A stretch of DNA of 64,000 nucleotides from an uncultured Hormoscilla sp. (GCA_963921275.4 OZ001293.3:4736001-4800000); one strand, 5' to 3'; counted from the stretch's first letter, positions 38,982 to 51,014 are shown. Numbers and translations: made by a program. The notes: generated by a model not told the origin, from the sequence alone.

Positions 38982-39932
38982 ATGACAAATCAGCTACACA
39001 AATCCCAACAATCATTGTTTTTACCAGAAAACCTAAAGGCAATAATTGCCTTGTTGACTGCCCTGATTATTTGGGCTTTTGTTCCTATCGCAATCCGATT
39101 AGGCGAAAGGGAAATGATCCCCAATCTTCTTATCTTTCATCGTTTCTGGATATCTACTATCATCTTGGGGTTGTGGAATGGATTTCCGAGTGTAAATCGC
39201 CAATTATTCGAGGATCGATCCGAGCAAAAACAACCCTATAACAGTCGATTGGTGGTGCTATTACTAGCTATTGGCATCTGTTTTGGGGGGGAGCAAATTA
39301 TCTGGGCTTGGTCGCTGACTCAAACCAGCATTGCTAATTCATCACTTCTGCACAGTCTCTCCCCCCTATTCACCACTTTGGGGGGATGGATATTATTTGC
39401 ACAGCACTTTGATAAGAGATTTATGCTCGGTATAATAGTTGCCATTCTAGGCTCGGCGATCGTCGGATTCGACGATCTATCGTACAGTATAGACAAGCTA
39501 CAAGGTGATGGCCTCTCTCTTCTTTCTGCATTTTTTTTAGCCGGCTATTTCCTGTTTGTCGAACAAGTCCGAACTCAGTTTAATACTAGAACTATACTTC
39601 TATGGTCTTGTACGATCGGCACTCTAGGGCTTTTTCCTATCTTTCTAATGACCAAAGATAAACTTTTACCCTCTTCGTGGAGTGAATGGCTAATAGTTCT
39701 GCTTCTAGCTTCGATGCTAGTTTTCGGTTACGGACTTCTAGCCTATTCTCTCAAGTTTTTGTCCTCAGGGTTAGTTGCCACAATTTTACTCTTCGATCCA
39801 GTCATTACTGCTATCCTTGCCTGGGCAATTTTCTCAGAAACACTGGATTTCTATAACTTAGTTGCTTTTCCAATAGTTTTGGGGGGCATATACTTAGCCA
39901 CAACTAGCCAATCTGCTATTAAAGGGACTTAA
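38982..39932 (+). CDS. EamA/DMT family transporter
   Basis: About 10 TM helices, SLTQTSIANSSLL, GDGLSLLSA. Confidence 0.9.
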   Translation: MTNQLHKSQQSLFLPENLKAIIALLTALIIWAFVPIAIRLGEREMIPNLLIFHRFWISTIILGLWNGFPSVNRQLFEDRSEQKQPYNSRLVVLLLAIGICFGGEQIIWAWSLTQTSIANSSLLHSLSPLFTTLGGWILFAQHFDKRFMLGIIVAILGSAIVGFDDLSYSIDKLQGDGLSLLSAFFLAGYFLFVEQVRTQFNTRTILLWSCTIGTLGLFPIFLMTKDKLLPSSWSEWLIVLLLASMLVFGYGLLAYSLKFLSSGLVATILLFDPVITAILAWAIFSETLDFYNLVAFPIVLGGIYLATTSQSAIKGT

Positions 39933-39972
39933 ACAAAAATAAAGGTCAAAACAAGTTATAACCCACATTCCG

Positions 39973-40091
39973 CGTTCCGGAAAAATCGGGATGCTAGCTG
40001 CTGCTTCGCCACGGCTACACGCTCCGGGCCTCCTCCTCGCAGCGTAGGGGGCCCGGAGCGTGCAGTGACGCAAAAACCCCTCAGACATCGA
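39973..40091 (-). repeat. Inverted copy of the repeat at 30017-30133
   Basis: Reverse complement aligns over its length. Confidence 0.85.
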
Positions 40092-40652
40092 CGGCTCATA
40101 ACCTCGCAGCCGCTCCCCCCCAAACCCCCTCTTGCGTTCCCAGGGGTCGCCAGTGGGAACGAGGGGGGCAATCAGGCGCCCTCCAACTTAGCGGCTTACC
40201 ATTACTCACATAATTCAAAACAATCTTGAAAGCCTTATGGTGCAAAGGTTTCGAGGCGTGAACCAAGGCTTAGGGCTTGACTTTTTGCGCCATGTGAGTT
40301 CTCGATCAATTGTGGAACAGGCACAGAATCGGATTAATCTGTGCTAGCATCGCCTAGGGATGGTCAAATTCAGGATACAGGTAGCGTCCTCCCATACGGG
40401 CGCATCTCACTTTTGCATGAAGTGGTTGGTTCGTAGTTCGTAGTTCGAGATTGCTTCGTGCCTCGCAACGCTGCGCGGTTTGTAGTTTGTAGTTATTTTA
40501 AAGCCTAGATCGTACTACAATTGCTCGAAAGATAAGACATCTGCAAATATGGGATACTCCCTCTCATACCCACGTCTCGACACATCAGTTACCAATTGAC
40601 AGTCTGGGTCTAGGATAAACTGGTAAACTGTAGAAATTGAGTATAAATAACT

Positions 40653-40913
40653 ATGAGAACCTTAATTTCAACCGACCGCTCTCTAGTGACCGGTGCAGAA
40701 CGACCTGTGGCGGCCTGCAAAAATGCTGTCCGATTAACTGGCCGTGGGAGGAAGTCATTATATCAAGTAGATCAGCAAGTCAAGTTCCTGCATCTGCAAG
40801 CGGAAGTAGAATCCCTCTGGCAGCAGTTGCAAGTGCTCAAACAACAAAGACAGGCATCCCAGGAGGCCAAAGTACTCGCTAGTACTGTAACGGTAGCCGA
40901 CACTACAGAATAG
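40653..40913 (+). CDS. Hypothetical small coiled-coil protein
   Basis: YQVDQQVKFLHLQAEVESLWQQLQ. Confidence 0.6.
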   Translation: MRTLISTDRSLVTGAERPVAACKNAVRLTGRGRKSLYQVDQQVKFLHLQAEVESLWQQLQVLKQQRQASQEAKVLASTVTVADTTE

Positions 40914-41070
40914 GATAAAAAGCGTTGTTGTCTGCAAGCTGTGATATAAAAAATAAAGCCTTCCAGCCTACTGGGCAGCTTGTGGGCAACAACCAGAACC
41001 TACGAGGAATGGCCTGAGTAACTGGTGGCCAGTAACATGATTGTGATGTGTAAGGAGAAAGCATCGATTA

Positions 41071-44000
41071 ATGACAGCATCTATAGTCAAGCCGCAAACC
41101 GATGAACAGCAGGCTTCCCTGCGGTTGAAAGACATCATTAAAACCTTGCCGCGAGAGGTTTTCCTCAAGAACAGACGCAAAGCCTGGACTACTGTGTGCG
41201 ATTCGTTTAGTGTAAAATGAATTGACACATGTCAATAAATGGGACCACTAGCAGGGTGACATTAGCCCTGACAACTTCTAGATGATGGTGGTGAAAGCCC
41301 ACCCCTCCAGGTGCAGGAGTGAAAGCGTAACCCCTACGGTAGCGATGGCATCAATCCGTAAAGCGGGGTTAAAAGGCGCACTGACTGGTAGCCTAAACCG
41401 GTTATCGCCAAGCAAGTAGTCATGGTGAGCGAAAGCAAAGACTCATAAGTGTCGTCACAAGGAACCAGCGAAAAGGCTGAACCTGAAACGCTGGCCCAAA
41501 AAGGGAAAGGATAATGGTCATTGGCGGATACAGTACCGACCAATAAGCACTGACAATAAACCCGGCATATAGAGTCCACCTAAAACTACAACCAATCATC
41601 TAGAGGAACGAAGTAAACCAGATATATACTCTCAACCACCGGTCGATAGGTTGAGTAGCCACCACAGGCGCAACATCTGCTCTCCGGAAGGCAGGTTGTA
41701 TCTGGGAAAGATTGAGCGGAGAAGCTAACGCCCGTCTGTAATGGATGGGATATGCTGACGCCCTCACGGTAACGTCAATTGTGGAGTTGTAAGTAGCAAT
41801 GCATACGTCATGAGCACGGTTTCCGAATCGATGAATGAATGGAAGGATATCCCCTGGCCTCGGCTGGAGCGGGTAGTCTTTAAGTTGCAAAAACGAATTT
41901 ACAGAGCGGCACTGGAAGGCAATAAGCGAACGGTTCGCAGACTCCAAAGGTTACTGGTAAAATCCCGGGCTGCCAAAAGTCTAGCGGTACGACAGGTGAC
42001 ACAAGATAACCAGGGAAAGAAGACCGCTGGTGTGGACGGTGTGAAAGCACTGACCCCGAAGCAAGGTTTAGAACTGGTAGGACAGATGGAAATCTCAAAC
42101 AAGGCCAAACCTACACGGCGTGTATGGATACCCAAGCCAGGAAGAGAGGAAAAGCGTCCTTTAGGAATACCAACGATGTATGACCGCGCGACACAGGGAC
42201 TCCTCAAGATTGCGCTCGAACCCGAGTGGGAAGCGTACATGGAAGGGAACTCCTATGGATTCAGACCGGGAAGGGGATGTCACGATGCAATCGGAGCGAT
42301 ATTCTTAAGCATCAAACATAAACCCAAGTGGGGACTAGATGCTGACATCGCAAAATGCTTCGACAAGATAAACCACAAAGCGCTACTGGAGAAACTGAAC
42401 ACCATAACACCAATCCGTAAACAAATACGGGCATGGCTAAAGGCCAGTGTGATGGACAAATGGAACTGGCATGCAACCGAGGCGGGTACTCCCCAAGGGG
42501 GGGGCATATCACCATTACTAGCCAACATAGCCCTCCACGGGTTAGAGGAGGCAGTGATGAAGCTCGCCAGTACACAAAGGGAAAAGCAGAGACTGACGGT
42601 AGTCAGGTATGCTGATGACTTTGTTGTAATGCATGAGAGCAAGGAGATGATAGACAAAGCGCAAATGGTGGTGGCAGAGTGGCTAAAAGAAATGGGGCTA
42701 GAGTTGAAAGCCGAAAAGACAAAAATAACTCATACGCTAAAAGGAGAAAAACCGGGATTTGATTTCCTGGGGTTCAACATAAGGCAATATGAGGTGGGTA
42801 AAAACAGAACCGGCAAATCAGGTCAAGGAACACCCCTAGGATTCAAAACCCTAATCAAACCCAGTAACAAGTCCATAGGGAAGCATAAAGAACGGCTAGC
42901 AGAGGTGGTAGCCAGCCATAAAGCAGCACCACAAGCGGCCCTGATAAGCAGGCTAAGCCCGATAATACGGGGATGGTCTAACTACTACAGGTCCGTGGTG
43001 AGTAAGGAAACTTACTTCGACATGGATAACTACCTATGGAACATCCTATGGCAATGGGCCAAAAGGAGACATCCCCATAAGTCAAGTCACTGGATAGTCC
43101 GTAAGTACTGGTCTGTAGACCAGGATGATTGGCGATTCCGGTGCAAGGCAGGGAAGGGAGAGGTAACGCTGTACAAACACTCTGAAACTGAGATAGTCAG
43201 ACACGTAAAAGTGAAAGGCGCAGCAAGCCCATATGATGGGAACCTTACATATTGGAGTACAAGGTTAGGCAAAAGCCCTGAACTAAGTAAGAGAGTAGCG
43301 TTGCTACTGAAGAGGCAAAAAGGAAAGTGCCAACACTGCGGACTAACGTTTATGGACGGTGACAAGTGGGAAGTTGACCAGATCAAGCCCCTCTCATTAG
43401 GGGGTAAGGACCGGTATGACAATCTACAGTTGCTGCACAAACATTGCCACGATATAAAGACTGCCAGCGATGGCAGCAAGAATAGCCGTACCTGTGACAA
43501 AGGTGGCGTTACTGAGGAGCCGGATGACGTGAAAATGTCATGTCCGGTTTTGAAGACGAGTCGGTACGGTGACGTACTGGCTTAGTTTAATAATTATTAA
43601 CGTGCTGCTGGTGATATTGGGATACGTCGGTCTGGCGATCGCGCCCTGGTTTCTGTTGCCGCCCCTATGGATATTTACGGGGACAGCGCTGACGGGTTTC
43701 TTCGTGTTGGGTCACGACTGCGGCCATCGGTCCTTTGCCAACCGGAAATGGGTAAATGACCTAGTAGGACATTTAGCATTTCTGCCCTTGATTTACCCCT
43801 TCCACAGCTGGCGGATCCTGCACAATAAACACCACGCACACACGAACCTATTAGGGGGAGAGGACACGGCGTGGGAACCCTTTCAGCCAGAATTTTACGA
43901 TAACTTTGGCGCAGTCGGGAAGTGGTTTTATCGGAGAATTCGGGGTCGGTTTTGGTGGGTAGGGTCAATTGCCCACTGGGGAATCCTCCACTTTAACTGG

Positions 44001-44507
44001 TCTCAGTTTGAAGGCAAAGAGCGACAGCAAGTTAAACTGTCGGTGTTTGTGGTGTTGATTGGTGGGGCGATCGGGTTTCCGGTCCTGATTGCCACCACAG
44101 GCATCTGGGGTTTGGTAAAATTCTGGTTAATGTCCTGGTTAGTTTACCACTTCTGGATGAGCACCTTTACGATCGTCCACCATACATCACCAGAAATTCC
44201 CTTCACCACAGCAGACAAGTGGAATGAGGCTTTAGCTCAACTTGAGGGGAGTGTTCACTGCGACTATCCCCGCTGGGTAGAATACCTTTGTCACGATATC
44301 AACGTTCACATCCCCCATCATATTTCCACAGGGATTCCTTTCTATAACTTGCGCTTAGCTCATCGCAGCTTGAAGGAGAACTGGGGGGATTATATCAAGG
44401 AACGTCAGTTCTCTTGGTCTTTAATGAAGCAGATTACAGACACCTGCCACTTGTATGACCCGGACGCCTGCTATAAGTCTTTCCAAGACTACCACGCTGG
44501 CAAATAA
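41071..44507 (+). CDS. desA: Delta-12 acyl-lipid desaturase, 346 aa, split by intron E (exons 41071-41195 and 43592-44507)
   Basis: Joined exons 1041 nt in frame (AWTTV|IINVLL); His boxes HDCGH, HNKHH, HIPHH. Confidence 0.9.
41196..43591 (+). mobile_element. Group II intron E
   Basis: GTGCG start; ...TTAGTTTAAT end; EBS1 ACAGTA pairs perfectly with exon end TACTGT. Confidence 0.95.
41810..43585 (+). CDS. ltrA: Intron E-encoded RT-maturase with variant HNH domain
   Basis: Uninterrupted 591 aa; YADD; WEVDQ in place of WEVDH. Confidence 0.92.
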   Translation: MSTVSESMNEWKDIPWPRLERVVFKLQKRIYRAALEGNKRTVRRLQRLLVKSRAAKSLAVRQVTQDNQGKKTAGVDGVKALTPKQGLELVGQMEISNKAKPTRRVWIPKPGREEKRPLGIPTMYDRATQGLLKIALEPEWEAYMEGNSYGFRPGRGCHDAIGAIFLSIKHKPKWGLDADIAKCFDKINHKALLEKLNTITPIRKQIRAWLKASVMDKWNWHATEAGTPQGGGISPLLANIALHGLEEAVMKLASTQREKQRLTVVRYADDFVVMHESKEMIDKAQMVVAEWLKEMGLELKAEKTKITHTLKGEKPGFDFLGFNIRQYEVGKNRTGKSGQGTPLGFKTLIKPSNKSIGKHKERLAEVVASHKAAPQAALISRLSPIIRGWSNYYRSVVSKETYFDMDNYLWNILWQWAKRRHPHKSSHWIVRKYWSVDQDDWRFRCKAGKGEVTLYKHSETEIVRHVKVKGAASPYDGNLTYWSTRLGKSPELSKRVALLLKRQKGKCQHCGLTFMDGDKWEVDQIKPLSLGGKDRYDNLQLLHKHCHDIKTASDGSKNSRTCDKGGVTEEPDDVKMSCPVLKTSRYGDVLA

Positions 44508-44644
44508 CGACTAATTCTGCTGTTGGGTGAAGTACTCTGGTTGAAGGGTGTAATTCGATCGGGAAGTAAAAAAATGAGACTTGCTCCTTCATACTTTATA
44601 CTTCACCCAATCAGAAATCACGGCGTAATTTTAAGAAAAATAAT

Positions 44645-45981
44645 ATGGGGATTGAATTAGTCAAATCTCTTAAATCAGCAGGAGTTAAATTTCTGCGTGT
44701 AGTCTTTTGCGATAACGCCAATGCGATCCGCGCCAAGGCTATTCACCTGGGGATCCTCGCAGAAAACCTGGACTATCCGGTCAGCATCACAGCGGTCAAG
44801 AGGCTAAGCAAGCATTGCCGGTGATGTATGATGGGGTGGTTCCTGATAGTGGACTGGCCCCGGTGGGGGAAGTTTGGTTGGTTCCCGACTGGTCAACATG
44901 TAAGATTTTACCCTATGGACCCAGCCACGCCCGGGCGATGGGGATACGATCCACAATGGAAAACCTTGGTCGTTATGTCCGCGATATTTTCTCAAACGAG
45001 CGATCGCCGCCGCCAAACAAGCAGGGATAGAGGTGATGGCCGCTTTTGAAAATGAATTCTCCCTGCTGCATTCTAGCAATAATGAAATTATCCCCACTGA
45101 TGATACTGTGTTTGCCTCCACTCTGGGGATGGATCTCAATCGCAAAATCATTGATGCGATCGCCGATGCTTTAGTGGCCCAAGATATGACCGTAGAGCGA
45201 TATTATCCTGAATCGGCCCCCGGACAGCATGAAATTTCTATCCGGTATGCCGAAGCTTTGCAAGCTGCAGATAATCAGATCGTGTTTCGGGAAACGGTGC
45301 GGGCGGTCGCCATCGAACATGGGTTAAAAGCCTCATTCTTACCAAAAATCTTTGCAGATAAAGCAGGCAACGGTTGCCACTTGCACGTGAGTCTCTGGCA
45401 AGAGGGCAAAAATATCACGGGGGATGGTTCTGGGAAACTTTCGAGTACGGCCCTGGCTTTTATCGCGGGCATTCTCCACCATCTCCCGGCCCTCATGGCC
45501 CTGACCACCCCGAGTACGAACTCTTACCGGCGCATTCGCCCCCACTTTTGGAGTGGTGCTTTTGCGGCTTGGGGCTATGATAACCGAGAGGGGGCAGTGC
45601 GGGTGCCTAGTAACCCAGTGCCACCGAGTCCCACCCATTTTGAGTTAAAAACTTCTGATGCTTCAGCTAACCCATATCTAGCTTTGGGAGCAGTGATTTT
45701 TGCCGGTTTGGATGGGATAGGCCGAAATCTTAGCCCTGGAGACCCGGGTAGATATTGACCCGGGGCTGTTTTCGGAAGCAGAACTTACCGAACGCGGGAT
45801 CGAAAGATTGCCCCAAAACCTAGGAGAAGCGATCGAACACCTGAGTGGCGATCGCCTGCTCTTAGATGCCCTGGGTGCAGAACTAAACCGCGCTTACCTG
45901 GCGGTGAGAAAAGCGGAATGGGAGGCGATGAAAGACATGGAATTAGAAGCAGAAGTGAATCTTTTACTCGAACGCTATTAA
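44645..45981 (+). pseudogene. Glutamine synthetase-family (gamma-glutamyl ligase) gene, frameshifted
   Basis: AFENEF, ESAPGQHEI, GNGCHLHVSL, WGYDNRE, ANPYLA across several frames. Confidence 0.8.
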
Positions 45982-45986
45982 GAAAA

Positions 45987-46862
45987 ATGATGCCCCTTGC
46001 GGATATTCCTCTAATTGACCAGCATGCCCACAACCTACTAAAAGCGGAAATTTTCTCGGCATATGCTTACTCGGCGGCTTTTACCGAGGGTTATGACCCG
46101 AAGATTGTCAACTATCATGCCCGTCATACTCTCTGTTACCGTCGCAGTTTGCGAGATATTGCTGCACTGTTGGACTGCGAACCCAGCGAAACTGAAATTA
46201 TCCAGCAACGGGAACAGTTAGGACTGGAAAAACTGACCTAATTTTGTTTCCAGGCGGCTAACATTGAAAGCATTTTCATGGATGATGGGTTTTTAGGCAA
46301 TCAAATACTTCCCTTAGCATGGCATCAAAAATTTTTGCAAGTTCAGCGATTATTGCGTTTAGAAACCTTAGCAGAGACTATATTTGAACAAACCTAGTCT
46401 TTTGAGGCTTTTGTAAACGAGTTTCGCAGTCAGCTTGAATGTCCGGTGGTTATAGGGTTTAAGAGTATTGCCGCTTATCGGACTGGTTTAGCCATTGAAT
46501 CAGTTGCTGAAGCCGAGGCAAAATCTTGTTTTTACTTGCTAAAAGATACTTACAAATATAAGCCATTCAGACTCGCGAATAAATCCTTAATTGACTTTCT
46601 GCTAGGACAAGCTCTTGCCGCCCGGCAGAAAATGCCCGTACAGTTTCATACGGGGTTTGGCGATCCGGACTTAGACTTATTGTTAGCAAATCCTCTACAT
46701 TTGCGACCAATTTTAGAAGCTCGACGTTATGGCGATGTGCCGATAGTCTTGTTGCATGGGTCATATCCTTACGAAGCAGCATATTTGGCCAGTGTTTATC
46801 CCCAGGTTTATGTAGATTTTGGGCTAGCAGTGCCATTTTTAAGTGTTTCCGGAATATGGTAG
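45987..46862 (+). pseudogene. Amidohydrolase (FluG N-terminus-like), broken
   Basis: IDQHAHN, GFKSIAAYRTGL, QFHTGFGD; stop or frameshift near 46240, truncated. Confidence 0.75.
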
Positions 46863-48344
46863 CAAGTGGGTGGCCACATACCGCTCGCATGTAGAGATGA
46901 GCTGGGAAATTTGGTTAGTGGCGATCGCCTTAGTGCTGTTGCCCCCCAGCTTGATTTGGCTAGGATACCACATATTTCCCCCCGAAACGGGCAGTAGAAT
47001 ATTATCAGTTACCGATTTATGTATCTTTGCGGGTGAGGCTGCGGTAGCTGTTGGGGCGTCCTTAATGGTGAATGAATGGAGGGCGTTGCACATTTTGGGG
47101 ATGATGCCATTGTTTGCACAGGCTACGCTACTGAAAGTGGCTTATAGTCTACGTTTAAGACTTATGCAAAGAGACTCATCGTCCCGTGATTGTGCAACGC
47201 TTCTTTTCTATCGATGTCCCCCCCATCTCAGAAGATTGCCAAAGTAGGAGGTAGAGGGTCGGAGGTTTCAACTAGATCGTCCTTTCGATGCCTACCTACC
47301 GCGCCCCCTCCCGCACGGCGAAAACCCGGAAGGCATCGCTCAGGTATCGAGGTTCCCCCCATTGTGGTAAACTTCAAGTAACCACAGTGAAATCATCGCT
47401 AGTAATCAGGGTAAAATCAATGCGCTTTAGGGTGGTCAGGGTTTCCTCTTCAAAGTTAATCAAAGTATTTCGGCCCCGAGAGACGATCTGCAAATTGGCG
47501 AAACTCAAACCTCCTGCTAGCCCGATCAAGTCCGTGCCATCTTCAAAGTCTATGATGGTATCCCGGCCATGGCCCTGCTTCAGAACAAAAATATCGGCGT
47601 CCTCTCCTCCGTAGAGGGTATCGAGCCGGTCTTTTCCTCCTAGACCTAACAGTTTTTCCCCGTTGGGCGTCCCCCGGAGGTAGTCGTTCTGACTATCCTC
47701 ACCGACTATTGGTAGGCCAACCTCTGAAACATCGTTGACGTTAATGGTAAAGGTCTCTGAGTAACTGTTCCCAGCAGAGTCGGTAGTTTGGACGCGGATG
47801 CTGTAACTAAACTGGGTCTCATAGTCCGGTGAACTGTTAATTAGCAGTTGGTCCCCGGAAATGGTTAAGGCGGCGTTGTCGGAGGCACCGGCGCCTGAGA
47901 CTAACTGGTAAGTAAAGCTATCTCCCGAGTTGGGGTCGGTAGTGGAGAAGATCCCCACGACACTACCCTCAGCGGAGTTTTCATTGATGCTGCTGTTGCT
48001 GAGTTCTAGATCGGTAGGAGGGGAGTTCTCTATAACAATGTCAAAGATATCTGTCCCTCGATTTCCCGCTTCGTCGATGGCGGTTACCGTTACGGTAAAG
48101 ATGCCTGCGGTAGTAGGGATACCGCTGATAACTCCCTGAGAGTTGATGGTTACGCCCCCTGGTAAACCGGTAGCTGTGTAGTTGTTGATGTTGTTATTGA
48201 TGTCGCCGAAGTTGTCGCTAATGTCTATGTCGAGGTTATTACCTAGCAAGAACTTGACGTCGGGAATCTGGGTTAAAACATAAGGGGGGTTTTCCAATAG
48301 CTTTTCAGCCCGCAAATCTAAGACCTCTTGGGGGATGGTGCCAG

Positions 48345-48950
48345 TTAGTTGGTTGTAGAACAGCCAGAGAAACTCCAAATTGGAAAGATTCCCTAACTCA
48401 GTCGGGATGCTGCCAGTCAGTTGGTTGGAGTACAGCCGGAGACGACTCAAATTGGAAAGATTCCCTAACTCAGTCGGGATGCTGCCAGTCAGTTGGTTGG
48501 AGTTCAGCCAGAGAGACTCCAAATTGGAAAGATTCCCTAACTCAGTCGGGATGCTGCCAGTCAGTTGGTTGGAGTCCAGCCAGAGAAACTTCAAATTGGA
48601 AAGATTCCCTAACTCAGTCGGGATGCTGCCAGTCAGTTGGTTGGAGTACAGAATGAGAAACTCCAAATTGGAAAGATTCCCTAACTTAGTCGGGATGCTG
48701 CCAGTCAGTTGGTTGGAGTCCAGCCGGAGACGATTCAAATTGGAAAGATTCCCTAACTCAGTCGGGATGCTGCCAGTCAGTTGGTTGGAGTCCAGCCAGA
48801 GAAACTTCAAATTGGAAAGATTCCCTAACTCAGTCGGGATGCTGCCAGTCAGTTGGTTGGAGTACAGAATGAGAAACTCCAAATTGGAAAGATTCCCTAA
48901 CTCAGTCGGGATGCTGCCAGTCAGTTGGTTGGAGGACAGATCGAGCCTAG
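48345..48950 (-). repeat. 72-bp tandem repeats encoding nine 24-aa plant-type LRRs
   Basis: xxLxLxSNQLTGSIPTELGNLSNL. Confidence 0.95.
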
Positions 48951-49387
48951 TCACCCGGGAGTTAGCTACAGTCACTCCATGCCAACCATTAACAACAGAA
49001 GCATCGGGGGGAATTGCGCTGTTGAAATTCCAGTCCCGCCAGCCTGTATTGTTACTCCAAGAAGCCCCATTCGTGCTTTGATAGAGAGCCCTTAAGGCCT
49101 GATACTCCTGCTGGGGGATCAATATGCCCCCATAGGCCATCTGAGCTTCTGCGGACAATGCTAAGGGAGTTTTCATCCCCGGAGTTCGCCACTCCAACTT
49201 CCAATTTCCGCCCCGGGCTGCTGCCCCTGTCCGGGTAGTAGAAACGGCGAGGGATGCCCCGGTCGGGGCCTGTAGCTTAGTCATCAACTCCTCTCCTGCA
49301 TCTCCGGCGGCGACGTTACAGCCGTAGAGTAGGAGTTGTTTTACCTTCCACTTCTGCAGGGTAGAGGCGTAATCTCCTAGAGGATCT

Positions 49388-50258
49388 GTGCGATTTGTTC
49401 TAGCCTAACGTGGTCAAACACGGAACGCTAGCCCGGTTTCATTAGCCGGGAACTCTGACCGCATGGGGGTTAAATTCCCCTCCCCCCAGGTACGGGGGTG
49501 ACACCGGTCCTCGGTGCTACGAAGCGACATCATCGTGGTGCTAAGCGAGGACTCAAATGTAGGATAACTGGCAGCCTAAGCCGGTGACGCCGCTAGGAAA
49601 GATATCCAAGGTTAGAGCAGGCAAACATGTGCAAGCCTCGTTATAAGGAACCAGCGAAATAAGGCTATATGCGCTGGCCTAAAAAGGAAATGGTAGCTAG
49701 TATTAGTTTTAGACTCTGGCTAATATAGTACTCAAATAGCTCCCGGGGTATAGTGTGGACCTAAAGGTATCGCGAAATGTTGTTAGGGAACGAAGTAACC
49801 TCTCGTGTGCTGTCCATCAGGACAAGTTAGATGTTAAGCGCAAGCCACGGGGGGAGGGATGGCCCAAGAAGCGAATGCCCGGGGTAATTCCTGGGATAAC
49901 ATCTACAGTAATGTAGATGATGCTGGGTAGCCAGCGCTGACGTGGGTCGGTGATACTAGGAAGCTGCTGGAATGAGTAATCCTAAAAAGCCACGGAACTA
50001 ATCCGAAACGCAAGTGGAGGATAAGGTATGGATAACTGGTAAAACTGACTTGAAAATGGTGATACTAACGGTTATCAGAACAACCACTCGCTAAACCAGG
50101 AAAGGGAAGAAAAGACAGGCGGCAAGGGCTAACGGAAGTAATTCCTATTAAGTCTACCTATGAAAAGGGCCTAGTACCCAGTAGCCGGATGCGGTGAAAA
50201 TCGCAAGTCCGGTTCCTCAAGAGAGGGTCGGGAAGCGATTCCCGGCTCGACCCCATCC
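49388..50258 (+). mobile_element. ORF-less group II intron A inserted antisense in the DUF4347 domain
   Basis: 871 bp; removal restores CTG AGT TTA GAT CCT, matching the homolog at about 15133. Confidence 0.93.
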
Positions 50259-51014
50259 AAACTCAGTTGGGAGTTTCCCAGATACAGACAGCCAGGGCTG
50301 CCGTGGGAGAGTAGGTGCAGAACCTCTGTTTCTTTATGCTGTCGGAGAAGTTCGCTGATCTGTTCGATGCCATCGGACCGAAGGTCTAAGAGGAAAGATT
50401 TGGCCCCAGGCCGGATGCCGTCTATAAGCTGCTAGTAGTTTTCTAGGGAGGCATCCACTACTACCATGGTGTTGGCATTGGTATTATGTTTCATTTTTTG
50501 GTTTCTCTTGTATTTTTCTGTAGAGGTGCTGGTGTAATACTAGCCCGACTATTGTCATATTTCTGACTTACGCCGGAACGAGTCGCACCTAGGTCTATCA
50601 TAACTCAAGTTGCGACCTATTTAAAAAATCTTAACAAATATGGATTACCTACTTAGACTTTACGGATCTTTAGGTTTTTTTCGTCTCTGATACATAAAAT
50701 TACTTTTTTATGCTATCCGGAGAGTTGGTCATTCTGACCGTCCCTTTAAAGACAAACAGGGCACCGCTTATGCCTGCCGCCCCGCCGCTATTGCCTCCCT
50801 GGGCCCCCGTTGCTAAAGGTCAGGTTATCGAAATTGATGGTACTGCTTTCTGACAAAGAACAGCCAGTGTTGGTCGTTACTACTAATAGTGTTACCGTTT
50901 CCTGAAATTGTTAGCTGGACGTATTCTGAGGTAGCACCCGGTCATAGTAATATATCTTTTTCTGGTTCTGTCTTAACCTGGCTAGCTTAGGCTCATTTTT
51001 GACTAAAGCAGGCT

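Larger units (their letters stand above)
47374..50494 (-). pseudogene. DUF4347 + LRR + Ig-like + cadherin + RTX-type tail surface protein; 5' part disrupted, 47374-49287 still open
   Basis: Removing 49388-50258 gives 750 codons in frame with one TAG at 50432-50434. Confidence 0.8.

Noticed and set aside
33929..39932. Guanitoxin or streptozotocin cluster
   Set aside because: No PLP enzymes or kinase as in gnt; the HDO is too short to include the SznF cupin domain and no ATP-grasp enzyme is present
43569..43591. desA start at 43569 (and likewise the ORF start at 20115)
   Set aside because: These starts fall in intron domain VI; the true N-termini are in upstream exons
48380..49081. 233-aa plus-strand repeat protein
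   Set aside because: Antisense shadow of the LRR repeats
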